DNA of 64,000 bases from Chrysomallon squamiferum (Eukaryota; Animalia; Mollusca), in assembly GCA_012295275.1 (NCBI GenBank), contig CM022672.1, positions 4,340,001 through 4,404,000 on the forward strand, in the 5' to 3' direction. How positions within the stretch are numbered: position 1 is the first letter of the stretch; each line of letters starts with the position of its first letter. The notes beneath the pieces are model-generated. The model worked only from the letters and a program-made list of their open reading frames with translations, was not told where the DNA came from and did no database searches. Made by a program: the position numbers and the translations under genes. Of the stretch, positions 26,834 to 41,449 are shown piece after piece.

Positions 26834-28558
26834 TGATCTATATATTCTATATATTTTTTTTTTCAAGCTCGGTATGGTTTAATTGATTATGATTATTAAT
26901 ATTATTATTATTATTATTTTAACGAATATTCGATCTTTATTGAATTTTGAATGGCTTGCTCTTTCCGCTGTTCTCCATTCCAACCAGTCGTCCCACATCT
27001 ATCTACAACTGCTACAACAACGTGAGCCGTGTCCTTTTCGTTTTACAACAGGTAAAATATGAAATACAAGCCAGCGAGTAGACTAAGACACGAGAGAGAG
27101 GTGCCGTTCCAATCACTAAACACAGAAATCACAATTTAACTTCAAAGACCCATTAAAATTAAAAAGGTTTTTGTCGCTGAACAAATACACGTATTAATGT
27201 GTCGTTCAGGATGAATATGTTAATTTGTCTCCATTACATATGCCAAGCTGTTAGTTTTGTTGTTGTTCTTGTTGTTAGCAGTACTGGCATTATTACAATT
27301 TTTTTGCCGTTTATGACGTCCACATCATCGTCATTATTCTTGTTAATGTTGTTTTTATTATTCTTCTTCGTTTTCTTTTCCTTCTTATTATTTCTGTCTG
27401 AAATTATCAGATGCTGACCATATATGGTCAGTAAAATTTACATTAAAACATGTCATACGTAATCAGCAACGTGAAACAGATTTCAGAAATCATCTCTTTA
27501 TCTTAGTACTACGAGCATTTCTACTACTACTACTACTACTACTATAACTAAACTACCACCACCACTACTACTACTACTACAACTAAACTACTGCTACTAC
27601 AACTAAAACTACTACTACTACAAAAAAAGTGTAGTTATGAAAAAAATAAAGTCCATTAAATTAATTTAAAAAAATAATAATATAAAAAGAAAAAAAAATC
27701 ATAAACAGTGCACACACACATAAGAAGATAATTTCCCCCCCCCAAAAAAAAAAAACGAACACAAAGAGATGAGAACGTATAAACGAGCAGTAGGAATTTT
27801 ATTTAACATCACCGATAAATTTGACCAAAAGAGTATTAATGTTTCCTTATACCAGTTATTAAAAAAAAAAAAAAAATAATAATAATAATATACATACGCT
27901 ATTTATTAAACATGCGAACTGAGATGAAAACAAAAAAATATATATATATATGAGAAAGATATGGTATATACATTTTTGTTGCGGGGATTTCTTGAGATGT
28001 AGTTTATTTCAAGGATTACGGAAAGGCAAAAAGGTTGAGAAACGCGGCTTTAGAAATGTATCGAGGTACACTGACTATATATACATTGTGATGTAATGGC
28101 TTAAAACAGATTCACAGTTTGTGTCCAACCACCTTTTCATCTACGAGGACACTGACTCGTTCACGTACCCTTTATATATATTTAATATATATATATATAG
28201 AAGGGAAGGAAGGAAAGAAAAAACTGTAAGATTAACATGCATATATCAAAAAGAACAGAATGTAATTTCATACCTTAAGATACCAGTAAAAACTGGATGC
28301 TGCTAATGGAAAAATGCATGACGTGTCAGAATTATTAAACATCGATAAGAGAAAAATGCTCTGTGTGATGTAATTACAGGTACGACGTTTAAATAACTGA
28401 TGACGAAATGGTAAACTATGTCGTTCAGTGATGTTACTCAACAAATAAATGTTCCGTGTCCAATAGCCGATTACAGAAAACGAAATACATGTGAAAGAAT
28501 GGTATTGCTGAATAAATGCTTCACATCCAGTTAAAAAAAAAAAAAAAAAAAAAGAAGA

Positions 28559-28561
<3 letters not shown>

Positions 28562-28628
<67 letters not shown>
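28562..28628. repeat. (AG)n microsatellite
   Basis: Dinucleotide run; others at 55153-55215, 60606-60660 and 62320-62396. Confidence 0.95.
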
Positions 28629-28629
<1 letters not shown>

Positions 28630-28711
28630 CGTTATCGAGTAACAATGCCGACAAGAGAAAATAAATAAATGTTTTACAATGGTTGACGCCACTGTACAGC
28701 ACAATATAAAG

Positions 28712-29040
28712 TCTGAGATGTTATAAATACAATGATATATATAAAACAGTGTCAGAATGAGTGAAATATTATAAATACAATGAAATATCATGTAAAAATA
28801 TATCAGAATGAGTGAGACATTATAAATACAATGAAATATCGTGTAAAAATATATCAGAATGAATGAGACATTATAAATACAATGAAATATCGTGTAAGAA
28901 TATATCAGAATGAATGAGATATTATAAATACAATGAAATATCGTGTAAGAATATATCAGAATGAGTAAGATATTATAAATACAATGAAATATCGTGTAAG
29001 AATATATCAGAATGAGTGAGACATTATAAATACAATAAAA
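28712..29040. repeat. 51-bp minisatellite, ~6.5 copies
   Basis: TTATAAATAC recurs at 28721, 28769, 28820, 28871, 28922, 28973 and 29024. Unit ~GAGACATTATAAATACAATGAAATATCGTGTAAGAATATATCAGAATGAGT. Confidence 0.95.
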
Positions 29041-30424
29041 TAGCATAAAAAAGAACATCAGTTTCAATCACTGATTATATTGATCCGCGTGTTCTCCTGT
29101 CTTCTTTTTCTTCTTCTAATTTTCTTCTTACAAAGACATTTCAGTGACGTTTGAAAAGTATTTTATTTCATTTTGCAGTTTTGTATTTCAGGGTGATTGT
29201 ACTGTTCGCAGAGATTTCCCCCAAAGAAGTGAAAACATCACGTCAGACTTCGTCTTCTCGTGTCCGTCCTTTCGTACGTTAGTGCGTTTTCACACTAATA
29301 CGTAGCTAATATTTACCAGCTTAATTGTATGTGTTTATCTTTGCGTGAATGTTTGTGTTTGTGTTTGTGGAAAATAAGCCCCACAGAACGAAAGCCACCG
29401 CCCCACCCCCAAGTGGATTTGTAAGGTATGACAAAAGCTTTCGCAGATGAAATGCGTAGTAAAAGTAAAATCCCATCTAAAAAGAAGTTTTCTCCACGAT
29501 ATAGCATTGTTGTAACAGTTTCTGTACAAACTGTGTTTTGACGACGATCATTTCCGTGAAGAAACTCTTCATTTAGATCTTTCATTTGACAAGCTCTCGT
29601 AAGGGATAGGTTTTTACCATAGCAACAGAGGACGTTATAATTGAGTGAGCTAAGCAAATACTTTATTAAATTCTGTGAATTATAACTATAACAAAAATGA
29701 GTGAATGAATAATGTCGTTAAATAACCGGAAAAAAATAATAAGAAGAGAAAAATGAAGTAAAATAATATATTCAATAGTTAAAAAAAAAAAAAAAGTAAT
29801 GAAATACGAATGTTATTAAATAGTAAATACAAAATAAAAAAATCATCTTTATTGAATTTAAAAGTCACAAAAAAAAAATAGTTTCAGAATTCAAATATTA
29901 AAAGAAGCAAAATGATAGGTTTGATACAAGCATTTAAACTATATGGATCGGTCAGTTTTAACTAATTATTTAAAAATATATATGTATTATTATTTTTATT
30001 TTCCAATATTTTTAAAAAGTATTGATAAATAAAATGGAAAAAAAAAAAAAAAAAATGGCCGAACAAATTATTATTATTGAGAGATTTGATATCTTACAAC
30101 ATCACAGACAAATATTAACGATAATAAAGAAATTTATTCACAGCTGACATCGTATTATGGTCTATTTTGTAACAAAAAAAAACTCAGGGAGTCATATTTG
30201 TTAATAAAACCACTCCCCAGTAGAGCTGATTTTCATAAAGCTGTGTAGTATGTAGGCTTTCCAGGAATACAGCTGGTTCATTTTCCCACCACCAAATCTG
30301 AAAAATACTAAATCTGAAAAACCGTATGTTAATAAACAATATAATCAAAAAGTTCAGCAAACATACTCGTTTTTTACGCCATCATTTATTAGTATTTTAA
30401 TCAACTGAATCTGGAATACTGGGT

Positions 30425-30610
30425 AGTAGATGTTAAATAAAACTGGATAGTCAAATATTAAGGAACTGACTGTAAAATATAAAACAAACAGTGTGCTGTC
30501 TGTACATTTAAGACATTCAGAATGTCAGTTATTAAGGAATGCTGCGTATCGTATTTAATAAGCAATATGAAGAGGCAGATATTAAGGCAGTGAGTGTCAG
30601 ATATTATGAC
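30425..30610. repeat. Highly degenerate short-period tandem repeat
   Basis: Recurrent GTCA(G/A)ATATTAAG-like core. Confidence 0.45.
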
Positions 30611-31119
30611 GAGAGGTGAACTGAAACCCGCTGGGCCAAATCCGTGATTTGCTGTGAATGATTTCAGAGATTAATGTACCATTTATTTTAGCATCGCGGA
30701 ACTGTCACTATGCTTTCTCGTACATGTCGTCTGCGTGGATTACTTGTTTGTCTGAAGAAGTGAAATTACTCAGAAATAGTTATTACGAACGACAACGTCA
30801 GCAAATGCAAAAATCGTCGTAATTAGCGTTCATTTGAAGGATTATTGAAAACGCCTTCGACGTCATATCTTGTACGTCCATCTTACATTAAACTCATCTC
30901 ATTAGTTTTAAATAGACGGAGAGAAAAAATAAAAATATAATCGTAATAAAAAATATGTTTTGCTTTGGAAATAAATGATTATTTATTATTATTTACTTGT
31001 TCAGGAAACAGAAGGTTATCTATTATTTATTTTTTTATTTTTTTTTATTTTTTTTTTTTACTGATGTTGGATTATCATTAACTTTATGTTTCTTGTGAAT
31101 ACCAAGAAAGACAACAACA

Positions 31120-31292
31120 ACAAATAAATAAATAAATAAATAATATAATATAATATAATATAATATAATATAATATAATATAATATAATAAAATGTAATG
31201 TAATGAAATGTAATATAATATAATATAATAAAATATAATATAATATAATATAATATAATATAATGTAATATAACATAACATAACATAATGTA
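31120..31292. repeat. (AAAT)n/(AATAT)n microsatellite
   Basis: Tetra- and pentanucleotide runs. Confidence 0.93.
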
Positions 31293-32500
31293 ATACGAAA
31301 AACGAACAACGTTTGAGAACTTAACGTAAGGAACGGTTCACCCGCCATGAAAATCAACGTATTTCTCTTCAAAGTGTCAGTGTATTGTTTGCAACGTAAA
31401 GATAAATATATATATAGTTAGCTCTCTCTCTCTGTCTCTGATGTGAACAGTTTCCCAGTTAACTCATTTTCAAGTATGAATTAATCAGTATTAGTCACCT
31501 CGACGTGTGGGTGGCTGTATTCGCCATATGACTCACCGTAGATGCAACAAAGGTATACATTTTAAAAGGTAAAAATTGTTAAAGAAAAATTATTTAGAAC
31601 ATAAAATGGGGAGGAATGATAAAAAAAAAAAAAAAAAAAAAGGAAACAGTAAACAAATAAATAAATAAATAAATAAAATAAAAATGATGATGATGATGAT
31701 GATAATAATAACAATGATGATGATGATAATAATATTAATAATAATAATAAATAGTTTAAAATAAAAAAGAAGTAAATACGTAAAAAATAAATGATGATAG
31801 ATAAAATAAAATAAAGCAAATTAAATAAAAATAGTTCTGTAAAATAAAAGAAATCATATTGTATGATAGATGCGAAAAAAAAAAAAAAAAAAAAAAAAAA
31901 AAACAGTGAAAAAAAAAATAAGGAAAGATTTTGTTCGTGTATTTATGAAATATTCCAAATAATAGCAATTAAAAAGATACCATATCATAATTATTTATTT
32001 ATTGTTAAATATTTTATTTGCATTAATTTTATTTATTTAAATTAAATATTAACTTATTTATTTTCTGCATATACATGTATACATATGTTTTATATAAATA
32101 TATTATATATACACAAACACACACACACACACATGTATAATTAAACATTAATTATGTTTTATATGGATATGTAAGTACGTAATCTTAGAATAAACATCTA
32201 AACACAGACATTTTTTTTAATAGAAAAAAACAACAACAAAAAACACCCATCTGAATACTATTTACCTGCAACACATAACTATTTCTAACGGAAAAACATT
32301 CTGATGTCTATTTTACAATGTTTTCCATTGTAGATGTCAGTTGAAGAATCGGTAGTATTCGGTTAAATCCGTCGGTAACAAAATAGTTACAGTAATAGTA
32401 GCACAACAACTACATCAGTAACAACAACAACAACAGCAACAACAATAATAATAATATTCCAGAATTTGAACCTTTTTTTTACTTCCCGAGGCATTTGAGA

Positions 32501-32652
32501 TAGCCATATCTGATATAGTCAGACTTTGTAGCCATATCTGATATAGTCAGACTTTGTAGTCATATCTGATATAGTCAGTCAGTCTTTGTAGTCATATCTG
32601 ATATAGTCAGTCAGTCTTTGTAGTCATATCTGATATAGTCAGTCAGTCTTTG
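32501..32652. repeat. 28/32-bp minisatellite, 5 copies
   Basis: TAGCCATATCTGATATAGTCAGACTTTG x2, then TAGTCATATCTGATATAGTCAGTCAGTCTTTG x3. Confidence 0.95.
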
Positions 32653-32689
32653 TTTCATGCAGAAAATTATTAAAAACTGATAAATAAAA

Positions 32690-32850
32690 ATAGCTGCTTG
32701 CCATGTGCATACGCTATTCGGGAAATATAAATGGATTTCAATTTAGATTTGAGAATTCAGTTTGTATTTCAAAATCCAAAACATTCCGAAATCGGAAACG
32801 TATCTCACAGTTCCAAAAATTTCGAATAAGAGATGTTATATGCTGTATAA
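32690..32850 (+). mobile_element. Possible decayed pogo/Tigger-like transposon 3' end
   Basis: TCCAAAACATTCCGAAATCGGAAAC...TTCCAAAAATTTCGAATAAGAGAT...CTGTA resembles, from memory, the terminal region of Tigger/MER2-group elements. No clear partner end was found. Confidence 0.3.
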
Positions 32851-34819
32851 TTATTGTTGTTGTTGTTGTATTAAATTTCTTTTCTTATACGTTGCTGCAA
32901 TACAAATAATATATTTTATATTAAAGGACGTAGAAATTCATTTATTAAAAAAAAAAAAAAAAAAAAAAAAAGAGCTACAGAATGCGACTTCTGGCAGGCT
33001 ATTTAATTTCAAAATATTCTCCAGGGTTTTTCATTGATTTCCACGTTCAGTAACTTTTTTCGCGGAATATAACAAGCAGAAGCAGAGTGCAAGTGCGTGG
33101 GACGAAATGGCATGAGAAGAAGAAATCAATGCCCGGATGTAGATCGATAATATTAGGTCTATTCTAGCAGATGAGTCATCGAGGATGAAAGAAGAAAAAA
33201 AAAAAAAGAAAAAAAATACAAAAGCAGAAAAAATCAATGGCTGCAACTGACATCACGTGATTAATTTTCTTCGCGACAGTACGACAGCATCTGTTTGTGA
33301 GAGGAGAAATGAAAACGATTATGTGCGTTGAGTTTGATGAGCCAGATATTAGCAGACGACATCCACAACACGACTTTCGATAATTACAGCTGGTTATCCG
33401 TATCCACTAGCAGATAGAGGGGGGAGGTGTAATCGTACGCGCCCCCCATCCCTTACACGATTTTCTTTTCTTTTCTTTTATTTCTTTTATTTTCGCTGCT
33501 GTTTCTTTTTCCATTCTTTTCTTTTTCTTTTCATTCCTTTCTTTTTTTTGCTTCTTTACAATTCGTCTTGAAAATTACATCTGCCACAGTTTTGACATTT
33601 CCTCACCCTCCCCCCTTTTTTGTTTGTTTGAAATTTTAGATCTGCCCATGCCACGTGTGCGTACTAGTTTGAAAACGTAACAATTGGGAAACAAGTGCGT
33701 TGGCAGAGTGAAGCAGACGCGCACAGACCTCGGGCTGTGTGTTTGAGGAAGCAGATAATAAAACTGCAATAATAATGGAAAACGAAGAGTGAGAAGAAAG
33801 TTCCGAGTTTTAAATTATGCAAAGCTTGGCAGGTTCTAGATGTTAACGGAGAATTACGAATATTAAGGCTTTACAATAAATAACCTAAACTGACGCAGAT
33901 CAAAATACAATTTTCAGACTTTTAGGCTGTTTGGTTTATACTTTAGTACGACGGTAAAGATAAAATAAATAAATAAATAAATAAATAAATAAAATAATAA
34001 TAATAATAAATAAATAAAATAATAATAATAATAAATAAATAAAATAATAATGACATAGAGCAAGAATTTTGAAACTGGCTGAATACGGATTTCGACAGAT
34101 ATTGGTTTGTCGACTTTATATACAACTGAAAGTGTGAGTGAGTAATTTGATATTACTGATTATCCGAATTTTGGCTAATGATAATAAAATGAATATAAAC
34201 GAATAAATGAAAGAATTAATAAATATTAGTTATATGAATAAACCATTTAGTAGAAAATGAAACCTTAAAATATTGCTATATCTGAAAGAATGACACTAAT
34301 TTATCTTATTTATTTTCTTTTATTTCTAGGTGGGTTTTTTTTTATTTTTTTTTTTTTATTTTGTTAAACGTATAATAAAGAAGATTTCAAACATATTTTG
34401 ATCATATTTCGTTTCTTTTGTTCTAAAGATTTTTATGATCGACCGAACATACTAAATAATAATTATGAAGATAATGATAATAATAGTCTTCATGATAATA
34501 ATGATGATAATAATAATAATAATAATAAAAAAAATAATAAAGTATTATTTTAATAATGTTAACGACAGCAAAATGATAATAATAACGATTAAAAGAAAGA
34601 AAGGAGAGAAGACAACGATAATGAAGCTGATAAACTGAACGATACCAAGAACAAAAAATAAAAATACAAATTAGTAAAATGAAATCCATCAGTCTTTACA
34701 TCCATCGCTTCCCGCCTAAAACAAACAAAGGAATGAATTATGATCAAACGAACTAATAAGTGAAAGAAAACAATGACGTATCTTCTTCAAAACACGACTG
34801 ATTTTCTTGATACAGAGAA

Positions 34820-34854
<35 letters not shown>

Positions 34855-35180
34855 AACAGCATTTTGCTGAAATGTATAGGTTCGGTCAGTCAGATTTTTA
34901 TCACAATTAATATTTTTTACATTCAGATAAGGATGACATATTGCAATCAATTATATACAGAGTCCATCCTTTTGTTTCTTTCAGAGCAAACTCGTTTATC
35001 AGAGAATTTATTCAAAATGCACCATATGGTACTACCAAAGTCGGCCAAAGATATTTTGTATATTCTTATTGTTTTTCCACAGAAGTGTTCATGTAGTGAA
35101 GTTAACAAAAGCACTTAATTACGTCTCCTATGTGCTCTGACTGACAGTTTTATTGGTGTTTTTATTGCGTAGGCTATGTG

Positions 35181-35410
35181 GGATGGTTTTAACAAACAGC
35201 CTAATTACATTAAATATATATATAAACCCTTACACGACTCAGGCCAGCCTTTGTAACAATACAGTATAACAACAATAAAATATTCTCTCTTTTATTTTTT
35301 TTTATTTTTTTATAATGTGCTTTATTGTTAACAAAGGTTGGTTGGCCTTATATAAGCATAAGATTATACATATTTGAATGTTAATTAGGCCGTTTGTTTG
35401 TTAGAAACAT

Positions 35411-35412
<2 letters not shown>
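35181..35412. mobile_element. Palindromic MITE-like / foldback element
   Basis: Left arm 35181-35264 (GGATGGTTTTAACAAACAGCCTAATTACATTAAATAT...AGGCCAGCCTTTGTAACAATACAG) is an imperfect reverse complement of right arm 35320-35412 (CTTTATTGTTAACAAAGGTTGGTTGGCCT...ATATTTGAATGTTAATTAGGCCGTTTGTTTGTTAGAAACATCC). The right end abuts a (TA)n run. Confidence 0.7.
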
Positions 35413-35445
<33 letters not shown>

Positions 35446-35921
35446 ACTGACTGTTAGAACAACACTATCAGTGTTTTATTTTTTTATTTCAGTGTTGATC
35501 CTTTAATTTCGTTTTAAGAAAATTTACAATGTTATGTTTTGTGTTAGATTAAATTGTATTATATAACATTACAGTAAACAGCAAAAAAAAAAAAAAAAAT
35601 AAAAAATAAAAAAATAAATAAATAAAAAAATAAAAAATAATAATAATAATATAATAATAATAATAAATAAAATAAAAAATAAAAAAATAAAATAAAATAA
35701 AAAATAACAGTTCGATTTTGCTGCACCTTATATTCGTAATATGTTATATGAAATTGTGTTATTTTATATTCCATTTCAGTTGCATCGAACAATTATATTT
35801 CATATTACAAAATTATTTCAATTTACATTATTATGTATCATGTCATATCACATGTTATATCATATCATGTAATAATTTCACTGTCTACACTTTTACAACG
35901 CATTTCTCCAAGCGTCATCTG

Positions 35922-35958
<37 letters not shown>

Positions 35959-36314
35959 AAGACAAATTACAATAACAACAAAAAAATAAAAACCAGACCA
36001 TTATTTCTGTTATTAATTCGTTTCTTATTTTCCATTTTAGAATCAAATAACAATACCTCTTTTGTTCCTTCATTCAGAAAACTTTAACGATTTTATGTTG
36101 TTACCGAAAACACGATTTGATTGATCCATGTTGGCCAATGCATTTCAGTTAGTAAAAACATTCTAAATGCTGAAAAAGACAGATAGAAAATTGTCTCGTG
36201 TGTTTTTTTGGTTTTTATATTTAAAAACATACACCCACCCACACCCACATACACATACACACACGCACACACAGACACAGTGACACAAATATAATCAATA
36301 AATACTCGTGTGTG

Positions 36315-36356
<42 letters not shown>

Positions 36357-36516
36357 TACATACATAAAAACACGTACATATACATGTACAAACATACATG
36401 CATACATACATAAATACATATGTACATACATATGATACATGTACACTTACATACATAAATACAAATATACATACATACTTATGCATGCAAGCACAGTTAC
36501 ATGCATATATGCTTAC

Positions 36517-36558
<42 letters not shown>

Positions 36559-38683
36559 TCCATCAACAATACACAAAAACAAGAAGAAATAAAATCAATT
36601 AAATAGTCCGTACACTTTATTTTTACTAACGACGAAACAAAAAACAAAAAAACTAAAATTATTAACGCGTAGTTATGAATGAACCATTTTTCTTTACACG
36701 TAGAACATTTTATTGATTTTTCACCCCCCTCTGCCTTCTTCGTGTTTTCAGTTGTGACGTGTTGTCTGTGTTGTAGCGTTAATGGCAGCTGAATCAATTC
36801 ATTCAGTGAACGGGCATCGTTACGTTAATACAAGGTCAGTGATTCATACTTCCGTTTAATTGGGGGTAGTGTGTATACTGAGTGAAAAAGAGAAGGGACG
36901 CTCCGGAATGACAGAAACGATCGTAAATGATCGTTGTTTTTCGTGCCAAATCGGCACGTGTTAGAAGAATTGTTAAATATGTCTGTTTATCTCGGTATAG
37001 GTATTTCTGTTTTTATATATGTACTGAATTTGTCTTTTTAATATGTGTATGTGTGTTGTTGTGCATTGTTTGTAGCTGTATAAGCTTTTAAAAAGTTTTA
37101 TATTTATCATGATATATATATATATATATATATATGAATGTATGTATGTATCTTATGTCTGTATGTCTGTATGTATGTAAATATACATGCATGCATGTAT
37201 GCATATACATATGCATGGGAATGAATGTATACATACACACATACATACACACACAGATAAATAAATACGTACATACTGAGACATGCATACAATTACATAT
37301 CAGCAACCAGAATTTATTATTGTCAGTATCCTGTCCTTTGTATCACTGATAAGTTTGTAGCAGCCGACACTAATCACGTGACACGACACTACTTTATTAC
37401 AGCAGATAAAGAACGGGACACGCTAAGCCTATGGTAACTAGACGCCCACACCGAATCAGTAGAAGTATAACGAACCAGCATTAACATAATGTTCACCGCA
37501 ACCAGCTTATCATTTTATAAGGTCACGGAAATGTTTCTTATAATTAGATATGTTATATAAAACAAATAGGGGTAGCTAGTTTTCATAGGAGGGTGAAGAA
37601 CCACATTGATTAGAATTATCAGTTTTTGTTTGTTTGTTTATTTATTTATTATTATTACTATTATTGTTGTTGTTGTTGTTGTTGTCGTTGTTGTTCTTCC
37701 ACTTCTTGTTGTTGTTATTATTATTATTAGTAGTAGCAGCAGCAGTAGTAGTAGTGTTGTTATTGTAGTTGTAATCAATTAATTATGAATTTTTTTTTGG
37801 CCTACTTTGTAGTTGTTTTTCATCTAATTTCTATGATTGGTTTCACTGATATTCTTATGAATTAGAAATAAAGGATTTTTAATATATATATAATCTTAGG
37901 TATGCAAATCGACAGTTTCTATCACGGAATACATCAGTCTTGGATCCTAGTAAATAACTGAGGAGATGTGGTCATTCGATCCATCATTCTTCGGATAAAA
38001 CTTTCTCATTATGGGTTAGGATCATTCTTTTAATTTTCTTTTTATTTAATTTATCATCATCATCATCATCATCATTATTATTATTATTATTTTGCATGTT
38101 TTCAAAAGAGAAAATGTTCAAGCGTGCCTGTCGTGGGCTTACAATCTCTGACACTGCTTCTGTGGTCTTTCCCGAGAATAGCAAGAGTTGACTGTACTGC
38201 GCTCTCGTCTCATTTTTTTAAAAAACCAACAAAAAAAACAAAAAAACACGTGGATTAGTCTGTGCATTATCTTGAAAGTCTTTTCCGAAGTCTTGATCTC
38301 GCATACCTCTTAATCAACGTGTCATTGTGTTGTGCTATCTGCAGACAACTTTCCGAAAGCTGATCAAAGAAAACTCCTGAAAAATTATTCAAAAGATTTA
38401 TTTTTATCCGGAAACGCTTTACTTAATAGTATGGTGGGCGAAGCAGACGGATTCTTGCACCTAGCTTCGCGAACTTCCTGCTTCCTTCGTTTTCTTTTTA
38501 TTCACACCCCACCTGCTCTCTCCAATCTCCCTCGATGTTTCGGAAGCAAGTGTCTGATTGGATGAATTTGTTATGGATGGGTTAGAAATAATCGATGAAT
38601 TTTTTATCTGTATTTTCAATCTCTTTAGCTGAAGAGTTCGGTTGTGCATTTGCATATTCGTGTGTGGAAATCGAACAGTGCAT

Positions 38684-38727
<44 letters not shown>

Positions 38728-39443
38728 TTTTTCTAGTTTATATTTTATTTTAGTTGAATTTATATTTATTTATTTATTTGAAAAAAAAAAAAAAAAAAAA
38801 CACAAAAAAAAAAGCCCCCATTCAATTCCATATACGATTCTATTTGTTTATTATATAATTGCTTTATTGTTTTAAATCATAAATAAATGTTAAAAATAGA
38901 TAGTTATAAGTAGATAAATATTAATATATAATTAAAATACATAAATAAATCAATAAATAAACTCAAAAATAGATCATTTGAACACAAACTGACAGAAAAG
39001 GTTTCCTGGTTAAAAGGTGGTGGTGTTTCCGAAAGTTGTGAAATCATTCCTGATTATACGACAAACGTAATTAAAGACAGTCATACTGCACTGCGATCAA
39101 ACAATACAACATTAGGTATACTTTAAAAATAGACACAGATCTGAACGTGTAAGGTACGTGCGCAAGTACACTCTGTTTTGCGGGGAGTGGTTAAGAAATG
39201 TCCGCCGATTTTTCTTTTATACACACAGAAATATATAAATAGTCTCTAGTATACAGACATAAATAGAACACGTGATAATACAAGATAACGAGACAGACAG
39301 AAGGATAGACAGAGACAGAGAAAGAGAGAACAAACACAGAGAAATGTGTTATGCGAAAAAAAGATAGTAGGTGGCTAAAAAAAAAAAAAAAAGAAGAAAA
39401 AAAGGCTGTCTATATTAAGAATTTTTAGTGATCCACTGGTATT

Positions 39444-39474
<31 letters not shown>

Positions 39475-39752
39475 TAAAAACATTTTCCCTGATACTAGAA
39501 AGTTAACAATATAATGATAAAAGTGCTGTCATACTGCACGATTTCTCATCACCATTTCATAATAACAGCCAAGTCTGGATTATCCGACTATTCGACAAAC
39601 GCATGATCTGTTTTAAAGCATTAATTTATGTATATTATTTTGTATTTATAGTACTGAGACATACTCGCATTTGTTTTCAAGAAACTGGTAATTTCTGATG
39701 GCGACACACATACATACACATACACACACACATATACACACACACACACATA

Positions 39753-39799
<47 letters not shown>

Positions 39800-41336
39800 T
39801 TCCGTCAGTCAATATAATTTATTTATTTTGGTTGTAGTAAAATAAAATAAAAATAATAGAAATTAAATAAAATAAATGAATAATAAAAAGTGGCATGGAA
39901 ATGACAAATAAATTAAGTTAATTTCATCACTCATCATTTTACACATCATCTCTGAAATTAGAGTTAATTTAAATATATTGTCCAGTTAATTAAAATAATA
40001 ATATTTCTGTAATATTAAATCTCTATGAGCATTAGTGATTCTATTGATAACGAAATAACTGCTTCCGGGTGATAATAATGAACACGATTCGAAACGCATA
40101 TCAAACGTCACACAACAAAGTTTGCAGTTTTTTTCATCTCATATCATCCTTTGCCCCGTGTCGTCTGCCTTTTCGTTTATCCGCCATTTTCGTCTGCCCA
40201 GTATCCTATTTGGTCCCGTTTATGTCGGATAATTGGAATTCTGTTGTACAGTAACATGGAGAAAGCAGACGAGGATATCTAGAATTGCGGGAAGTCACGT
40301 GAGCTGTAGCTCTGCCAGACGAGAAATGTAATTGGATTACTTAAATGTACGTTTGGCATGATTTGACGAGCCTCGTTCTCGGGAACCTCTGATTATCTCA
40401 TCTGTTGTTACCAGTGACAAACTTATTGATTTGAGTAATTCCTGTAAACAGTTGCCCTGAATGAATGAATGGATGTTTGTTTAATTATATCCCAGCGTAT
40501 TTCAACAGTAATGGTTGCTAGGTGATAACGGTGGTACTGAAAGGGTACTATTTGTTTCGTTGATGAAGCAGCAGTATTAAATGTAAATAGGAAAACACAC
40601 ACAACAGCCTTTGATAAACAAACACGCATGCATTTGATTGTTTGTCATGTCGTGATTGGACTTGGTCCGCCTGTACGTTCCCGAATAGTGTCTATGTGCA
40701 AAGTCTAATCATAAGTACACAAGACAGAGAATATTCACACATTAATACATGCATACATATGTACCTCTACTGCATTCATACCTCTACTGCAATATATATA
40801 TATATATACATACACATATATATATTTACACATACAAACACACATCCAGATAGATATACAGTAAATTGTATTGTTGTGGTGGGATACTAGAATTCTATAG
40901 TCAGTATTACTTATATGGGTTCTAGCGTTTCACAGAAGTACCCACTGGTGGAATTTCAAGACATGACCAGGACTAGGGTGATGTGACGTCATTTTATTTC
41001 AGTGTCTGGCGCATCAGCTCGTTTTTGCAAATCCTCGAGAGCTCCTTGCAGCAACATGTTACCTGATAAGTCAGCAGCTTGACAACTGGAGCACAGAAAC
41101 AGCAAGTTTTTGCGACACGTAACTGTCTAATTTTTACTCGAAATTATTAACTCTGAGTAAAAGCTGATACCAGAAAAAAAAATCCAATAGTATCCCTAAG
41201 TTACCCGGTAGACCACAGTTTCCTGCGTCCTTATGAAAAATTTCGCGGAGGTGAAAAAAAACAAACAAACAAAAAAATTCTTTATTAAACCTTTATGTCT
41301 GGAAAGTCTATAAAAGAACGACTGGAGTAGCCTGGA

Positions 41337-41404
<68 letters not shown>

Positions 41405-41412
41405 TGATGATG

Positions 41413-41449
<37 letters not shown>

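Noticed and set aside
28531-29067. 178-aa minus-strand repeat ORF (LILIYSYTIFHCIYNIS units)
   Set aside because: It is open only because the 51-bp unit is stop-free and it runs into (CT)n; no coding-like composition or splice context
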